Source: Candidatus Doudnabacteria bacterium
Lineage (GTDB): Bacteria > Patescibacteriota > Doudnabacteria > UBA920 > 2-01-FULL-46-14
NCBI GenBank assembly: GCA_041497195.1
Contig: JBGQGB010000002.1
Coordinates: 108,140 to 172,139 of the forward strand
Reading direction: 5' to 3'
Length of the DNA: 64,000 bases
Part shown: positions 18,211 through 28,685 of the stretch, in pieces
How the letters are laid out: each line of letters begins with the position of its first letter
Numbering within the stretch: the first letter of the stretch is position 1
Notes under the pieces: model-generated
The model's input: only the letters and a program-made list of their open reading frames with translations
Told to the model about the DNA's origin: nothing
Databases searched by the model: none
Position numbers and translations under genes: made by a program

Positions 18211-19941
18211 ATGAAAAATTCGGAGATAGCGAAAATTTTGAGACATATGGCTGTCTTTTACGAAATGCAAGATGCACCTTTTAAGCCGCGCGCTTACGAA
18301 AAAGCCGCGCAAGCAATTGCGGATTTTGACGAGCAAATGACTGACGTTTACCGCCGGGATGGGGCGGCTGGTTTTCGTAAAATTCCTGGTGTGGGGCCGG
18401 GGATTGGCGAACATCTGGATGAGCTGGTCAATACTGGACGTTTGAAAAAATATGAAGCGCTGAGAAAGAAGTTTCCGATAAATCTGGACGAACTGGGAAA
18501 CCTCCAGGGAGTCGGCCCCAAGACCTTGAAAGCTTTATACCAAAAATTGAAAGTAAAAAATCTTCGCGACTTGGGGCACGCACTGGCAAAACATCAGGTC
18601 AGCCGACTTCCCGGTTTCGGCAAATTGACTGAGGAGAAAATCTACAAAAGTTTCCAATTCCAGAAATCCCACTCCGGCCGATTTTTGCTCGGAGACGTGT
18701 ACCCGATAGTGCGGGATTTATCTCACCGTCTAGAATTTTCCGGACTCTTTACCAAAGTCATGGTCGGCGGGTCTTATCGCCGCATGCAGGAAACAGTGGG
18801 AGATATTGACATCCTAGCCGTTGCCAAAGACCCTAAAAGGGCAGGTAATTTTTTTGCCCGGCTGCCTGAGGTGGTTCGAGTGCTGGAGCATGGAGAAAGC
18901 AAGTCGGAGATTATGCTCGAACACGGTTTGCAGGTGGATTTGCGATTGGTTCAAGAAAAGAACTGGGGGGCGGCTTCGCAATATTTTACTGGGGACAAGG
19001 CTCACAACGTCAAACTTCGCAAAATCGCTATCAGTAAAGGCCTGAAACTTTCGGAGTACGGTCTGTTTCGCGGCAACAAAATGGTGGCTGGGAAGACTGA
19101 GGAAGAAGTTTATAAAAAGCTCGGAATGGCGTGGGTACCTCCGGAGTTACGCACGGACAGTGGCGAAATCGAGGCGGCGCAAAAAAATCAGTTGCCGAAA
19201 CTCCTGGAATACGGACAGCTCAGAGGCGATTTGCAAGTGCAGACCGACTGGACTGACGGAGCCAACTCAATTGCGCAAATGGCTGAGGCCGCGCAAAAAC
19301 TTGGTCGCGAGTATATCTGCATCACTGATCACACGACATCTCTGTATATGACCGGCGGCTTGAACGCGAAAAAGCTTGAGAAACAGGGTCAGGAAATCAA
19401 GAAATTGAATGCCAAATTCAAAAAACAAAACTTAAAATTTCTGATTTTGCACGGGGCCGAGGTCAATATTTTGAAAGACGGCAGCTTGGACATCTCGGAC
19501 AAGATGCTCTCAAAACTGGACGTGGTCGGCGTTTCCATCCATTCCTTATTTAATTTGACCCGTAGCGACATGACCAAGCGCATCGAGAAAGCCCTTTCTA
19601 ATCCTAATGTTGATATATTTTTCCACCCGACTACTCGCGTCATTCAAAAGCGCGACCCGATTGATTTTGATTTCGCGCGCATCTTGGCTGTCGCCAAGAA
19701 ACATAAAGTCGCCCTGGAAATTGACGCTTTGCCTGACCGGCTGGACATCCACGATACCCTGGTCCGTCAGGCGATCAATGGCGGAGTCAAGCTGACCATC
19801 GATTCGGACGCCCATAGTGTCCACCATCTCGATTTTTTGCGTTTTGGGGAGGGGCAGGCGCGGCGGGGCTGGGCGCAGGCCAAAGATGTTCTCAATACTT
19901 TGCCAGCGAACCAACTCCTGGAATATTTTCGAAAGAAGTGA
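18211..19941 (+). CDS. polX: DNA polymerase X with PHP domain
   Basis: GSYRR..GDIDIL, QVDLR, YFTG..HN, PPELRTD; PHP domain ITDH, HP, DSDAH. Confidence 0.95.
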   Translation: MKNSEIAKILRHMAVFYEMQDAPFKPRAYEKAAQAIADFDEQMTDVYRRDGAAGFRKIPGVGPGIGEHLDELVNTGRLKKYEALRKKFPINLDELGNLQGVGPKTLKALYQKLKVKNLRDLGHALAKHQVSRLPGFGKLTEEKIYKSFQFQKSHSGRFLLGDVYPIVRDLSHRLEFSGLFTKVMVGGSYRRMQETVGDIDILAVAKDPKRAGNFFARLPEVVRVLEHGESKSEIMLEHGLQVDLRLVQEKNWGAASQYFTGDKAHNVKLRKIAISKGLKLSEYGLFRGNKMVAGKTEEEVYKKLGMAWVPPELRTDSGEIEAAQKNQLPKLLEYGQLRGDLQVQTDWTDGANSIAQMAEAAQKLGREYICITDHTTSLYMTGGLNAKKLEKQGQEIKKLNAKFKKQNLKFLILHGAEVNILKDGSLDISDKMLSKLDVVGVSIHSLFNLTRSDMTKRIEKALSNPNVDIFFHPTTRVIQKRDPIDFDFARILAVAKKHKVALEIDALPDRLDIHDTLVRQAINGGVKLTIDSDAHSVHHLDFLRFGEGQARRGWAQAKDVLNTLPANQLLEYFRKK

Positions 19942-19966
19942 TATATTCAAATTAGGCAAAACTCAT

Positions 19967-20704
19967 ATGGCGAAACCAACACGGAAGGACAATATTCGCG
20001 TTCCGCCCATCCCGAAGCATCAGCACGAGGAGGATTTTGGGGCGGAGACCTTTGATTACGACAACAATCCGTCTTGGCGGATTTTCCGGATTATGGCCGA
20101 GTTCGTAGATGGATTCAATTTTATTACCCAGTTTCAAAAGACGGTGACTTTTTTCGGTTCGTCGCGTTTTGACGAAAAAAACCAACACTACCGCGCCGCG
20201 CAAAAATTAGGCCGGCTGTTGGCCCGGGAAGGTTATACGATCATCACCGGCGGTGGGCCAGGCATCATGGAAGCGGCGAATAAGGGCGCGGTCGAGGGAA
20301 AAGGCCAGTCAGTGGGACTCAATATCCAGCTGCCATTTGAGCAACGCATAAATCCTTATGTAAAAAGGGCCATTGCGTTCAACTATTTTTTTACTCGGAA
20401 AGTAATGCTGGCTTATTCAGCCAAGGCATTCGTTGTTTTTCCGGGCGGGTACGGGACCTTGGACGAAACGTTTGAGCTTTTGACTTTGCGGCAGACGCAC
20501 AAAATCAATCCGCGCACCCCGATTATTTTGGTTGGCAAGGACTATTGGACCCCGTTGACTGACTGGCTGCGCGATAACGTAGTCAAACGCCACGGAACTA
20601 TTGATGCGGCAGAACTGAAACTATGGCAATTAGTTGATACGCCGGAAGAGGTTATGGAAATTATTCAAGCTACCAAGCTGAAACCTAGTCCCGGCCAAAA
20701 ATAA
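19967..20704 (+). CDS. LOG family (TIGR00730) Rossmann-fold protein
   Basis: TGGGPGIMEAANKGA, YFFTRK, PGGYGTLDE. Confidence 0.92.
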   Translation: MAKPTRKDNIRVPPIPKHQHEEDFGAETFDYDNNPSWRIFRIMAEFVDGFNFITQFQKTVTFFGSSRFDEKNQHYRAAQKLGRLLAREGYTIITGGGPGIMEAANKGAVEGKGQSVGLNIQLPFEQRINPYVKRAIAFNYFFTRKVMLAYSAKAFVVFPGGYGTLDETFELLTLRQTHKINPRTPIILVGKDYWTPLTDWLRDNVVKRHGTIDAAELKLWQLVDTPEEVMEIIQATKLKPSPGQK

Positions 20705-20748
20705 ATCGGCTTTTGAGACAAAAAACCGCTCATATCTTGGAGCGGTTT

Positions 20749-21984
20749 TCATTTTGCGGCCAGAAAATACAGATAAGTCAGACTCAGTCCGGTGACGAGC
20801 ACTATGCAAGCCCACCCGGCCATGTTCCAGGCAAGAGAGTTTTTGTATTTGCCCATGATATCCTCTCGGTTCAAGAGCTTCATCAAAAAATAAAACAAGA
20901 CTGGCAGCAAAAATGTGTTCAAGGCCTGCGAAACGACGAGGATCTTGAACAGCGGAATGCCCGGGATCAAGATCAAAAGTGATGTGGAGACGATGCAGAA
21001 CAAGAAAGTCTTATAGAAAGTCGGCGCCCGCTTGAAACCTAGGTCCACCTTTCCTTCCCAGCCGAACGCTTCCGTTATCATATAAGCGGTGGAGATGGTC
21101 ACCACCCCCGCACCCAGCATGGATGCATTGTAAAGACCCCACGCAAATAGGTGCTCCGCCAGTACTCCGGCGAAAGGTTTGAGCGCGAGCGCTGCGTCGG
21201 CCGCATCCTGGATGCGGATATGCTTGGCAAAAAGAGTGGCCGTTGTTGCGATAATAATGAAGAACGCGATGAAATCAGTCCAAAACGAGCCGATGTAAAT
21301 GTCCGCCCGGGCGATTGACAGATCTTTGGGCTTGATGTTTTTTTCCGCGAAATACGACTGTATAAAAAATTGTCCCCAGATTGTCACCGTCGTTCCGACC
21401 AGAGCAACGGCCAAAAAGAGGAAATCCTTGTTTGGCTGCCAGGACGGAACCGTCGTGGCTTTGAGTGCGGCTGCCCAGTCCGGGTGTGCGAGAAATCCGG
21501 CAAAAACGTAGCCGACATAGAGAATCGAGGAAGTGAGAAATATCCGCTGCACATTCTTGAAGTTGCCGGAAATGACCACCCAGCTGATGAGCGCGGCAGA
21601 GGGTAAGACCAGCAGCCAGGCTGGAAGCGCGTAGATTTTTCCGACTGACGCGATGCCGGCGAACTCCGCGAGGATATTGGCCCAATTTGCCACAAATGCC
21701 AGGACGACCAGAAAAAATGTGGCGCGAAAATCAAAATTTTCGCGGATAAGCGCAGCCAGTCCTTTTCCTGAGACGATACCTAGGCGTCCGCCCATTTCCT
21801 GGGTGATTGCCAGCACGAAGGTCACCAAAAAGAGCACCCACAAGAGAGCGTATCCAAACTGAGCGCCGGCGATCGAATAAGTAGCCACCCCGCCGGCGTC
21901 ATTGTCCGCGGTGCCAGCTATGATGCCAGGCCCGATGATACTCATTATCAGTAGTAGCCTTCGCCAGAATTTCGATTGTTTCAT
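20749..21984 (-). CDS. Nramp-related divalent metal transporter
   Basis: GPGII..ADNDAGGVATYS, GTTVT; about 11 TM segments. Confidence 0.9.
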   Translation of the reverse strand: MKQSKFWRRLLLIMSIIGPGIIAGTADNDAGGVATYSIAGAQFGYALLWVLFLVTFVLAITQEMGGRLGIVSGKGLAALIRENFDFRATFFLVVLAFVANWANILAEFAGIASVGKIYALPAWLLVLPSAALISWVVISGNFKNVQRIFLTSSILYVGYVFAGFLAHPDWAAALKATTVPSWQPNKDFLFLAVALVGTTVTIWGQFFIQSYFAEKNIKPKDLSIARADIYIGSFWTDFIAFFIIIATTATLFAKHIRIQDAADAALALKPFAGVLAEHLFAWGLYNASMLGAGVVTISTAYMITEAFGWEGKVDLGFKRAPTFYKTFLFCIVSTSLLILIPGIPLFKILVVSQALNTFLLPVLFYFLMKLLNREDIMGKYKNSLAWNMAGWACIVLVTGLSLTYLYFLAAK

Positions 21985-21987
21985 GAT

Positions 21988-23193
21988 TTACGCGCTGGGG
22001 AATATCGCCCGCATCACATCGTCAATGGTAACGACGCCGAGCATTTTTTTTGACTTGTCGATCACAGCAATCGAATTAAGATTGTATTTGGTCATTTGAT
22101 GGGCGACTACTTTGAGTGATTGATGCGGACTGAGGACCGGCAATCCGCGCGCCGTTTTCATAATTTCTTTGATGGTCTGAGTGGGTTTTGCCACCATCAA
22201 ACGCCTGAGAGACAAAACTCCTCTGAGAGTTCCTTGCTCATCGGTCACGTACAAATAGTAAATAGAACGGAAGTTTTCGGACAGACGACGGACATCGTCG
22301 ATTGTTTGGCTGGCAGTCGAGTTGGGCCGCACCGAAATAAACTCCGTGTTCATCAGCCCTCCGGCCGCATCGTCCTGGTAATGCAGGAGGCTTTGCAAGT
22401 GTTTGGCACGACCGTTTTGAATGTAGGAAATCAGTTCTCGCGCCCGGTTGCGCGGCAGCAACTGGACCAGGTCCACGAAATCATCAATGGACATCTCTTC
22501 CCCGATTTTAGCGGCGCGCTCGGGACCGAGCCACTCGACCAGGAGTTTTTTGATTTTCGGTTCCACTTCTTGGAGGACGCGAGCAGCGGTGCTGCGGTCC
22601 AGGGATTGCATCAGCCTTCCTCCTTTTTTGATACTTAGATCCTCTATGATATTGGCCAGATCAGCCGGGTGGAGTTTGACCAGCTGCTTGGCCGCACTTT
22701 GGATTTGCACCGTTCCTTTGATAACGTAGGCGTCTTTCCAGTCGATGAGTTTTATGGGCAGCCGGTTGAAGAGGTCGAGTCGGTCCACCCCGAGGCGGCG
22801 CAAGAGCCCTTTAGTGCTGATGTCAATGCCGACCACGGACATCCCTTTGGCCGTCGCGCTGAACTGCAAATCGTTGACGCGCACGACGCGGGCGCCTTCC
22901 ACGTCTATGATCTGTTGGTCCAAAACATCCCGCCTCAGGAGATTGAAGTTTTCGTTCGGGGCGGTCCGAGGAATTCGCTCGGAGATGCCGTTGAGGTTGA
23001 CGGTGCCCTCGCCGAGGTTTTCCACGTACTGATAGGGGATCCACTCGGTTTTGCGGTTTTTATTGACAGCAAGAAATAGCAGCGGGTCGTATTCGCCCAT
23101 TTTTATTGATAGTGCGATATCCTCGAGTTTACCAAGTTTTTGGCCGGCTCTGTCTACTACTGAGGAGCCGAGCAGGGAACTGAAGAAAATCAT
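21988..23193 (-). CDS. MgtE-like intracellular domain protein (PRC barrel, MgtE_N, CBS pair; no TM domain)
   Basis: LDQQIIDVEGARVVRVND, LHPADLA, AGGLMNTEF, GVVTIDD. Confidence 0.88.
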   Translation of the reverse strand: MIFFSSLLGSSVVDRAGQKLGKLEDIALSIKMGEYDPLLFLAVNKNRKTEWIPYQYVENLGEGTVNLNGISERIPRTAPNENFNLLRRDVLDQQIIDVEGARVVRVNDLQFSATAKGMSVVGIDISTKGLLRRLGVDRLDLFNRLPIKLIDWKDAYVIKGTVQIQSAAKQLVKLHPADLANIIEDLSIKKGGRLMQSLDRSTAARVLQEVEPKIKKLLVEWLGPERAAKIGEEMSIDDFVDLVQLLPRNRARELISYIQNGRAKHLQSLLHYQDDAAGGLMNTEFISVRPNSTASQTIDDVRRLSENFRSIYYLYVTDEQGTLRGVLSLRRLMVAKPTQTIKEIMKTARGLPVLSPHQSLKVVAHQMTKYNLNSIAVIDKSKKMLGVVTIDDVMRAIFPSA

Positions 23194-23246
23194 ACTTTAG
23201 TCGGTACGAAAAATTTACCGCTCAAGTTTGCCACTTACTAAATCAA

Positions 23247-23275
23247 ACATCCCCGCTATCGGAGCCTGGGGATGT
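23247..23275 (-). terminator. Hairpin downstream of trxA
   Basis: ACATCCCC..GGGGATGT. Confidence 0.45.
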
Positions 23276-23282
23276 ATAAGGA

Positions 23283-23600
23283 TTATAAATGTTTTTCTAC
23301 GTGCTTGACGAGTTCAGTCTTGGGCATTGTTCCTATCAGTTCGTCCACGATTTTTCCGCTCTTGAAAATTTTGAGATTGGGGATACTGACGACATGGTAA
23401 TCGGAGGCGATTTGCGGGTGGTCGTCGACATTGAGTTTGCCGACCTTTAAGCGGCCTTTGTATTTTTCCGCTATTTCTGCCACTGCTGGGGCAATGGCGT
23501 GGCAAGGCATGCACCATTCTGCCCAAAAATCAACCAGAACGGGGATTGGGGATTCGACTACCTCTGCTTTGAAATTGTCACTATCAAGCTTTACTTCCAT
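23283..23600 (-). CDS. trxA: Thioredoxin
   Basis: VLVDFWAEWCMPC, SIPNL. Confidence 0.95.
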   Translation of the reverse strand: MEVKLDSDNFKAEVVESPIPVLVDFWAEWCMPCHAIAPAVAEIAEKYKGRLKVGKLNVDDHPQIASDYHVVSIPNLKIFKSGKIVDELIGTMPKTELVKHVEKHL

Positions 23601-23725
23601 TTTTTCCTAGTCTTATTTTTTTTCAATTGTCTGGTAATTATAGATTATTTTATGCGATTTGTCAATTTTGAGCTTACGAGCTATGATAAATGCTGACATG
23701 CTGGTATTAATTTCAAGCGTTTTCC

Positions 23726-24673
23726 GTGGCTGAAACAAAAAAGTATCTTATTTTTTTGCTGCTGGCAGTATTTTTGAGCATTTTTATTTTTTTCGGGCAG
23801 GCTCAAACAGCGGGGCAGGTAGGCGGCGCGTACGTGCAAGCTCAGGCGCTTCCCGGTTTTCCCCAGGTGCCGGATCGCTCAGTTGGCCGGCCGCCGGTAG
23901 AAGTCGCGCAGCCTTCAGAGCTCACACTTTCCGCCCGGGCGGTTTTGGTCAAAGACCGGAACTCGGGAGTGGTCCTGTATGAAGCCAATTCGCAAGAGGC
24001 CGTTCCGGTCGCAAGCCTCACAAAACTCATGACTGCCATAGTTGTCCACCAGCGAGCGTCACTTGACGACATAGTGGAGATAACGCCGCAAGACACAAAA
24101 ACCCCGGAGTATCGGATTGAGTTGCTGCCAGGAGAAAAAATTCGTGTCCAAGCGCTTTTGGAGGCAATGTTGGTTTCCTCAGCCAATGACGCGGCTGAGG
24201 CTTTGGCCCAGTTTGTCGGCGGGACCACGAATTTGTTTGTGCAGGAGATGAATGATGAGGCCAAGGCTTTGGGCATGAACAACACCAATTTTACAAACCC
24301 GGTCGGTTTTGACGATCCCAATCACTATGCGTCCGCTGCGGATTTGTCGATTTTAGTCGGGGAGTTTATGCGCTATCCGGATCTCCTGGAAATGGTGCGT
24401 CTCAAATCAGCCACCGTCGCTTCGGTCAATGGTCAGTATCAGCACCAGCTCGGTACGACCAACAAATTGATGCTCGCACACGAAGACGTGGTCGGACTGA
24501 AAACTGGTTATACTTCCGAGGCTAAGGGCAATCTCATACTTTTGGTGAACACGAGCGACGACATCGGGCCATCATCTGACGGTTATTATTCGATAATCTT
24601 GGGCAGCAGCAACCGTGAAGCCGAAAGCGAAAAAGTCATGAGCTGGGTCAAGGAGAATTATAAATGGAATTAA
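23726..24673 (+). CDS. D-alanyl-D-alanine carboxypeptidase (peptidase S11)
   Basis: SLTK (SxxK), SAN (SxN) and KTG motifs. Confidence 0.93.
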   Translation: MAETKKYLIFLLLAVFLSIFIFFGQAQTAGQVGGAYVQAQALPGFPQVPDRSVGRPPVEVAQPSELTLSARAVLVKDRNSGVVLYEANSQEAVPVASLTKLMTAIVVHQRASLDDIVEITPQDTKTPEYRIELLPGEKIRVQALLEAMLVSSANDAAEALAQFVGGTTNLFVQEMNDEAKALGMNNTNFTNPVGFDDPNHYASAADLSILVGEFMRYPDLLEMVRLKSATVASVNGQYQHQLGTTNKLMLAHEDVVGLKTGYTSEAKGNLILLVNTSDDIGPSSDGYYSIILGSSNREAESEKVMSWVKENYKWN

Positions 24674-25683
24674 TCAGTGCAAGTTTAATCAGAGTTTTTT
24701 CCCTGACCACGATTGGTTTTTTGGTGGCCATAATCTGGACGCCGTTTTTGGCAAGCTTTTTGTACAAATACAAGCTGGTCAAACAGTTGAGACAGAAAAG
24801 TTGGGACGGACAGCCAGCCAAACTGTTTCGGAAGCTGCATCACAAAAAGCGCGGCACCCCGACAATGGGTGGTTTGCTCATCTGGGTAACTGCGGCCATA
24901 GTGACTGTGTTTTTCAATTTGTCTCGTTCCCAGACGTGGCTCCCTGTGTTTGTTTTGGTCGCTTCCGGAGTACTGGGACTTATCGACGACTATTTGAACG
25001 TCAGGGAAATCAATCTGGTAAAAGGCTTGACGACTAAGTTGAAATTCTTATTTCAATTTTTGATCGCCGGTTTGGGGGCCTGGTGGTTTTATTATAAACT
25101 GGAGTTTTCCAATATTCGTATTCCAGCTGCGGAATTTTTACATTTGCCCGCCAGTCTGGAAATCGGGTGGTTTTATGTCCCTTTGTTTGTTTTGACCGTG
25201 GTCTTCATTTCCAATGCCGTGAACATCACGGACGGCTTGGACGGTTTGGCTGGCGGCACTTTGGCGGCAAGCTTTGCCGCGATTATGGGGATTGCTTTGG
25301 TCCAGGGGCAGGTTGGCATCGCTGCTTTCGCGGGCACCATCATCGGGGCGCTTTTGGCATTTTTGTGGTTTAATATTTTTCCGGCCCGGTTTTTTATGGG
25401 CGATACAGGTGCGTTTGCTTTGGGGGCCACTCTCGCAGTCTTGGCTTTTTTAACCAATACGGTTTTGCTATTGCCGATCATCGCATTTGTTTTTGTCATT
25501 GAAGCGTTTTCCTCCCTCCTGCAGCGTTTCAGCAAGAGATATCTCGGCCGTAAGATTTTCCTGATCGCTCCGCTGCATCACCATTTAGAGGCGGTGGGAT
25601 GGCCGGAAACAAAAGTTACCATGCGTTTTTGGGTCGTGGCAGCGGTGACCGCCACAATTGGATTTATAATTGGATTGACATGA
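24664..25683 (+). CDS. mraY: Phospho-N-acetylmuramoyl-pentapeptide transferase
   Basis: GTPTMGG, IDDY, NAVNITDGLDGL, FMGDTG, APLHHHLE. Confidence 0.97.
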   Translation: MELISASLIRVFSLTTIGFLVAIIWTPFLASFLYKYKLVKQLRQKSWDGQPAKLFRKLHHKKRGTPTMGGLLIWVTAAIVTVFFNLSRSQTWLPVFVLVASGVLGLIDDYLNVREINLVKGLTTKLKFLFQFLIAGLGAWWFYYKLEFSNIRIPAAEFLHLPASLEIGWFYVPLFVLTVVFISNAVNITDGLDGLAGGTLAASFAAIMGIALVQGQVGIAAFAGTIIGALLAFLWFNIFPARFFMGDTGAFALGATLAVLAFLTNTVLLLPIIAFVFVIEAFSSLLQRFSKRYLGRKIFLIAPLHHHLEAVGWPETKVTMRFWVVAAVTATIGFIIGLT

Positions 25684-27254
25684 CATTTGATTTGCTAATT
25701 CGCGGGGGAACGATTTTGGACGGGGTGGCCAACGACGGTCGGCTCGCTGATATCGGCATCACTAAGGGACAAATCAAAGTCATCGGGAATTTGCGCACAG
25801 CCCAAGCGCGTGTCGTTATCGAGGCTTTGAACAAGTATGTCAGCCCCGGGTTTATTGATGTGCAGAGCCACTCGGATTCGTACCTGACCTTGTTGGATAT
25901 TCCGCTCCAGGAGAGCTTGTTGACTCAGGGGATTACTACGATTGTCGTCGGTCAATGCGGGACTTCTCTGGCCCCGCTGGCGAGCCCCGAGGCTTTAAAG
26001 TCAGTGCAAAAATGGAGCAGCCTCTCGGGTGCTAATCTCAATTGGCTGACTTTTGGCGAATATTGCGACGCGCTGGCGCGGTATCCGTTGGGGGTGAATG
26101 TTTTGAGCCTGACCGGACACTCGACCTTGCGGCGCGGACTCTTGCGCGACGAAATCCGTCCGGCCACAGGCGAAGAAGTCAACATTATGAGCAAAATGCT
26201 TTCAGACAGTCTCGATGCCGGAGCGGCCGGGATGTCGATGGGGCTCATCTACGCGCACGAGGTCGACGCCAGTTCCGAGGAGCTGCAGCAAACCGCGCGC
26301 CTGGTTGCCCAGCGAAACAAGCTTCTGAGCGTGCACCTTCGGTCTGAAGGGGCACATATTGTCGATGCCTTGAACGAAGTGGTCGGATTGGCCGAAAGAG
26401 CCGGGGCGCGGTTGAAGATTTCCCATTTCAAAATTCACGGCAAACAAAATTGGCAATTTTTTGAGCAGGCTCTTAACGTGATCGACCGTGCTTATCAGAA
26501 GGGGATTGACATATTTTTTGACGTCTATCCGTACGCCACATCTTGGACCGTTTTGTATACTTATTTGCCGAAGTGGGCGTACGAGGGTGGCCGCGCCGCG
26601 ATTTTGCAAAATCTCAAGAACCCGGGCAGTCGGGACAGGATTTTGGCCTATCTCAGAGACCAGGATTTGAATCTGGGAACCATTTTTGTCGCCACTTCCG
26701 AGAAAACCGCGTCGGCGTTTGTGGGAAAAACCTTGGCGCAAATTGCCGTGAACCAGGAAATTTCCGTTGAAGAGGCGCTTTTGAACGTTCTCTCCGCCAC
26801 CCAGACGCAGGTCATAGTTTTTGACCAGAATTTGTCGTCTGAGCTGGTAGATACGCTTCTCAAACACCCTCTGTCGGTCGTGGCCAGTGATGGCGCGGGT
26901 TATGATTTGGCCTACTCGTCAGTCCATGGTCTGGTTCACCCGCGCTGTTTCGGAACAATGCCGAAATTTTTATCGATGGTTCGCGATCGTAAACTGATGG
27001 ACTGGGCGGCGGCAATCAAAAAAATCACATCTCGCCCGGCAGAAAAGTTGGGACTCAAGGGTCTTGGCAAACTGCAGGAAGGCGCGATTGCTGACTTGGT
27101 CGTATTTGATCCCCGTGCCGTGGGGTCGCGCGCGTCTTATGAAAACCCCTACCAGCAGGCCGACGGGATTGATTGGGTCATTTTAAACGGAAAAGTCGGT
27201 TACAACGGGAGAGATTTGCGCATGTCCGCAGCAGGGCGGGTGATAAAGCTCTAA
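25680..27254 (+). CDS. N-acyl-D-amino-acid deacylase family amidohydrolase
   Basis: PGFIDVQSHSD, QGITT..GQCG, HLRSE, ISHFK, ASDG, HPRCFGT; ATGA overlap with the mraY stop. Confidence 0.88.
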   Translation: MTFDLLIRGGTILDGVANDGRLADIGITKGQIKVIGNLRTAQARVVIEALNKYVSPGFIDVQSHSDSYLTLLDIPLQESLLTQGITTIVVGQCGTSLAPLASPEALKSVQKWSSLSGANLNWLTFGEYCDALARYPLGVNVLSLTGHSTLRRGLLRDEIRPATGEEVNIMSKMLSDSLDAGAAGMSMGLIYAHEVDASSEELQQTARLVAQRNKLLSVHLRSEGAHIVDALNEVVGLAERAGARLKISHFKIHGKQNWQFFEQALNVIDRAYQKGIDIFFDVYPYATSWTVLYTYLPKWAYEGGRAAILQNLKNPGSRDRILAYLRDQDLNLGTIFVATSEKTASAFVGKTLAQIAVNQEISVEEALLNVLSATQTQVIVFDQNLSSELVDTLLKHPLSVVASDGAGYDLAYSSVHGLVHPRCFGTMPKFLSMVRDRKLMDWAAAIKKITSRPAEKLGLKGLGKLQEGAIADLVVFDPRAVGSRASYENPYQQADGIDWVILNGKVGYNGRDLRMSAAGRVIKL

Positions 27255-27362
27255 AACAAAGCCTCGCCTTCTTAGAAACGCCGCCAGGGCGTTTTTGTGG
27301 TAAAATATGAGAAAGTCCCCTCGTCTGAAAGTCGCAAAGTTTTACTCGCTTATGAGATTTTT

Positions 27363-28685
27363 TTGAAACTCCAGGATTTAAAAGAAAAAAAGGTCGCTCT
27401 CTTGGGAATGGGCGTCAATAATCGTATGCTGGCCGTATACCTCAAAAATCACGGCGTCCGCTACGAAGTTTTTGACAATTGGCAATCACCAGGTGAATTA
27501 TCGGGAAAGATTGACGCTTTTGAGGTCGTTTTTCGGACCCCAGGTTTGCCTTTTTTTTCCGCTCCCGTACAGCAGGCCAAGCAGAAAGGCACACTGATTT
27601 ACAGCCAGACGAAGCTTTTTTTTGATCTCTGCCCGTGCCAGATAGTCGGCGTCACTGGGACCAAAGGCAAAGGCACGACCAGCGCACTCTTGGCTGAGAT
27701 TTTAAAGGCGGCAGGAAAAAAGGCTTGGCTGGCGGGGAATATCGGTGCGGACCCTTTTGAGTTTCTCGATGAGCTGTCTCCCTCGGACACAGTCATTCTG
27801 GAACTCTCAAGTTTTCAGCTGCAGGATTTGCACAAAAGTCCGCATGTGGCCGTGGTGCTCAAGATTACCCCCGAACACCTTGACTATCATCAGGATGCCA
27901 ACGAATACATAAACGCAAAAAAATCAATCGTGGCGCACCAAGCTCCGCAAGATTTCGCTGTTTTGAACTATGACAACGAAATAGCGCGCAGTTTTGCGTC
28001 GTCTACACCCGGGAAGGTTTTGTGGAATTCGCTTTTGCGCGCGGTCAAGCCCGGCGTTTACGTCGGGGAAGAGAAGATAGTGGTTAATACCGGGTCCGTT
28101 CTCGTCGAGCTCTGCCCTGTCTCAGAAGTGAAAATCATAGGCCGGTTTAACTTGGAAAATATCACTGCCGCTGTTGCGGCTGGGGTCGCTTTGGGTATTG
28201 AGGATTTTGCGGCAGCCCGGCAAGCCGTCAGGGTTTTTCGCGGGTTGCCGCACCGCTTGGAACTGGTCGCGGAGGTAAAGGGCGTGAAATTTTATAACGA
28301 TTCATTTTCGACCACGCCCGAGACCGCTATGGCGGCTTTGAGCGCTTTCGAGGAGCCGATAATTTTGATTGCCGGCGGGTCCGAAAAAAAATCAAACTAT
28401 GCGCCTCTGGCAAAAGCTGTCGCTACCAGCAAAGTCAAAGCACTTTTGCCCATCGGACTGACAGGGCCGAAGATCGCCCAGTTGGCGCGCTCGGCCGGAT
28501 ATCAGGGACGGATAGTGGGTGACCCTCTGCCGGATATGGCAACGATCGTGGCCCAGGCCAACCAAGCAGCCACATCTGGCGATGTGGTCCTTCTATCTCC
28601 AGGGGCGGCAAGTTTTGATATGTTTACCAACTACAAGCACCGAGGCGAGCTCTTCACAAAATTTGTAAAGCAGCTCCAGATTTGA
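27363..28685 (+). CDS. murD: UDP-N-acetylmuramoyl-L-alanine--D-glutamate ligase
   Basis: GVTGTKGKGTT, AGNIG, ELSSFQL, EHLDYH, HRLE, NDS, LSPGAASFDMF; TTG start inferred. Confidence 0.95.
   Translation: MKLQDLKEKKVALLGMGVNNRMLAVYLKNHGVRYEVFDNWQSPGELSGKIDAFEVVFRTPGLPFFSAPVQQAKQKGTLIYSQTKLFFDLCPCQIVGVTGTKGKGTTSALLAEILKAAGKKAWLAGNIGADPFEFLDELSPSDTVILELSSFQLQDLHKSPHVAVVLKITPEHLDYHQDANEYINAKKSIVAHQAPQDFAVLNYDNEIARSFASSTPGKVLWNSLLRAVKPGVYVGEEKIVVNTGSVLVELCPVSEVKIIGRFNLENITAAVAAGVALGIEDFAAARQAVRVFRGLPHRLELVAEVKGVKFYNDSFSTTPETAMAALSAFEEPIILIAGGSEKKSNYAPLAKAVATSKVKALLPIGLTGPKIAQLARSAGYQGRIVGDPLPDMATIVAQANQAATSGDVVLLSPGAASFDMFTNYKHRGELFTKFVKQLQI

Noticed and set aside
23194-23282. M-box or yybP-ykoY riboswitch upstream of the MgtE-like/Nramp genes
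   Set aside because: The spacer is only about 90 nt and has no recognisable consensus; a single hairpin fits a terminator.
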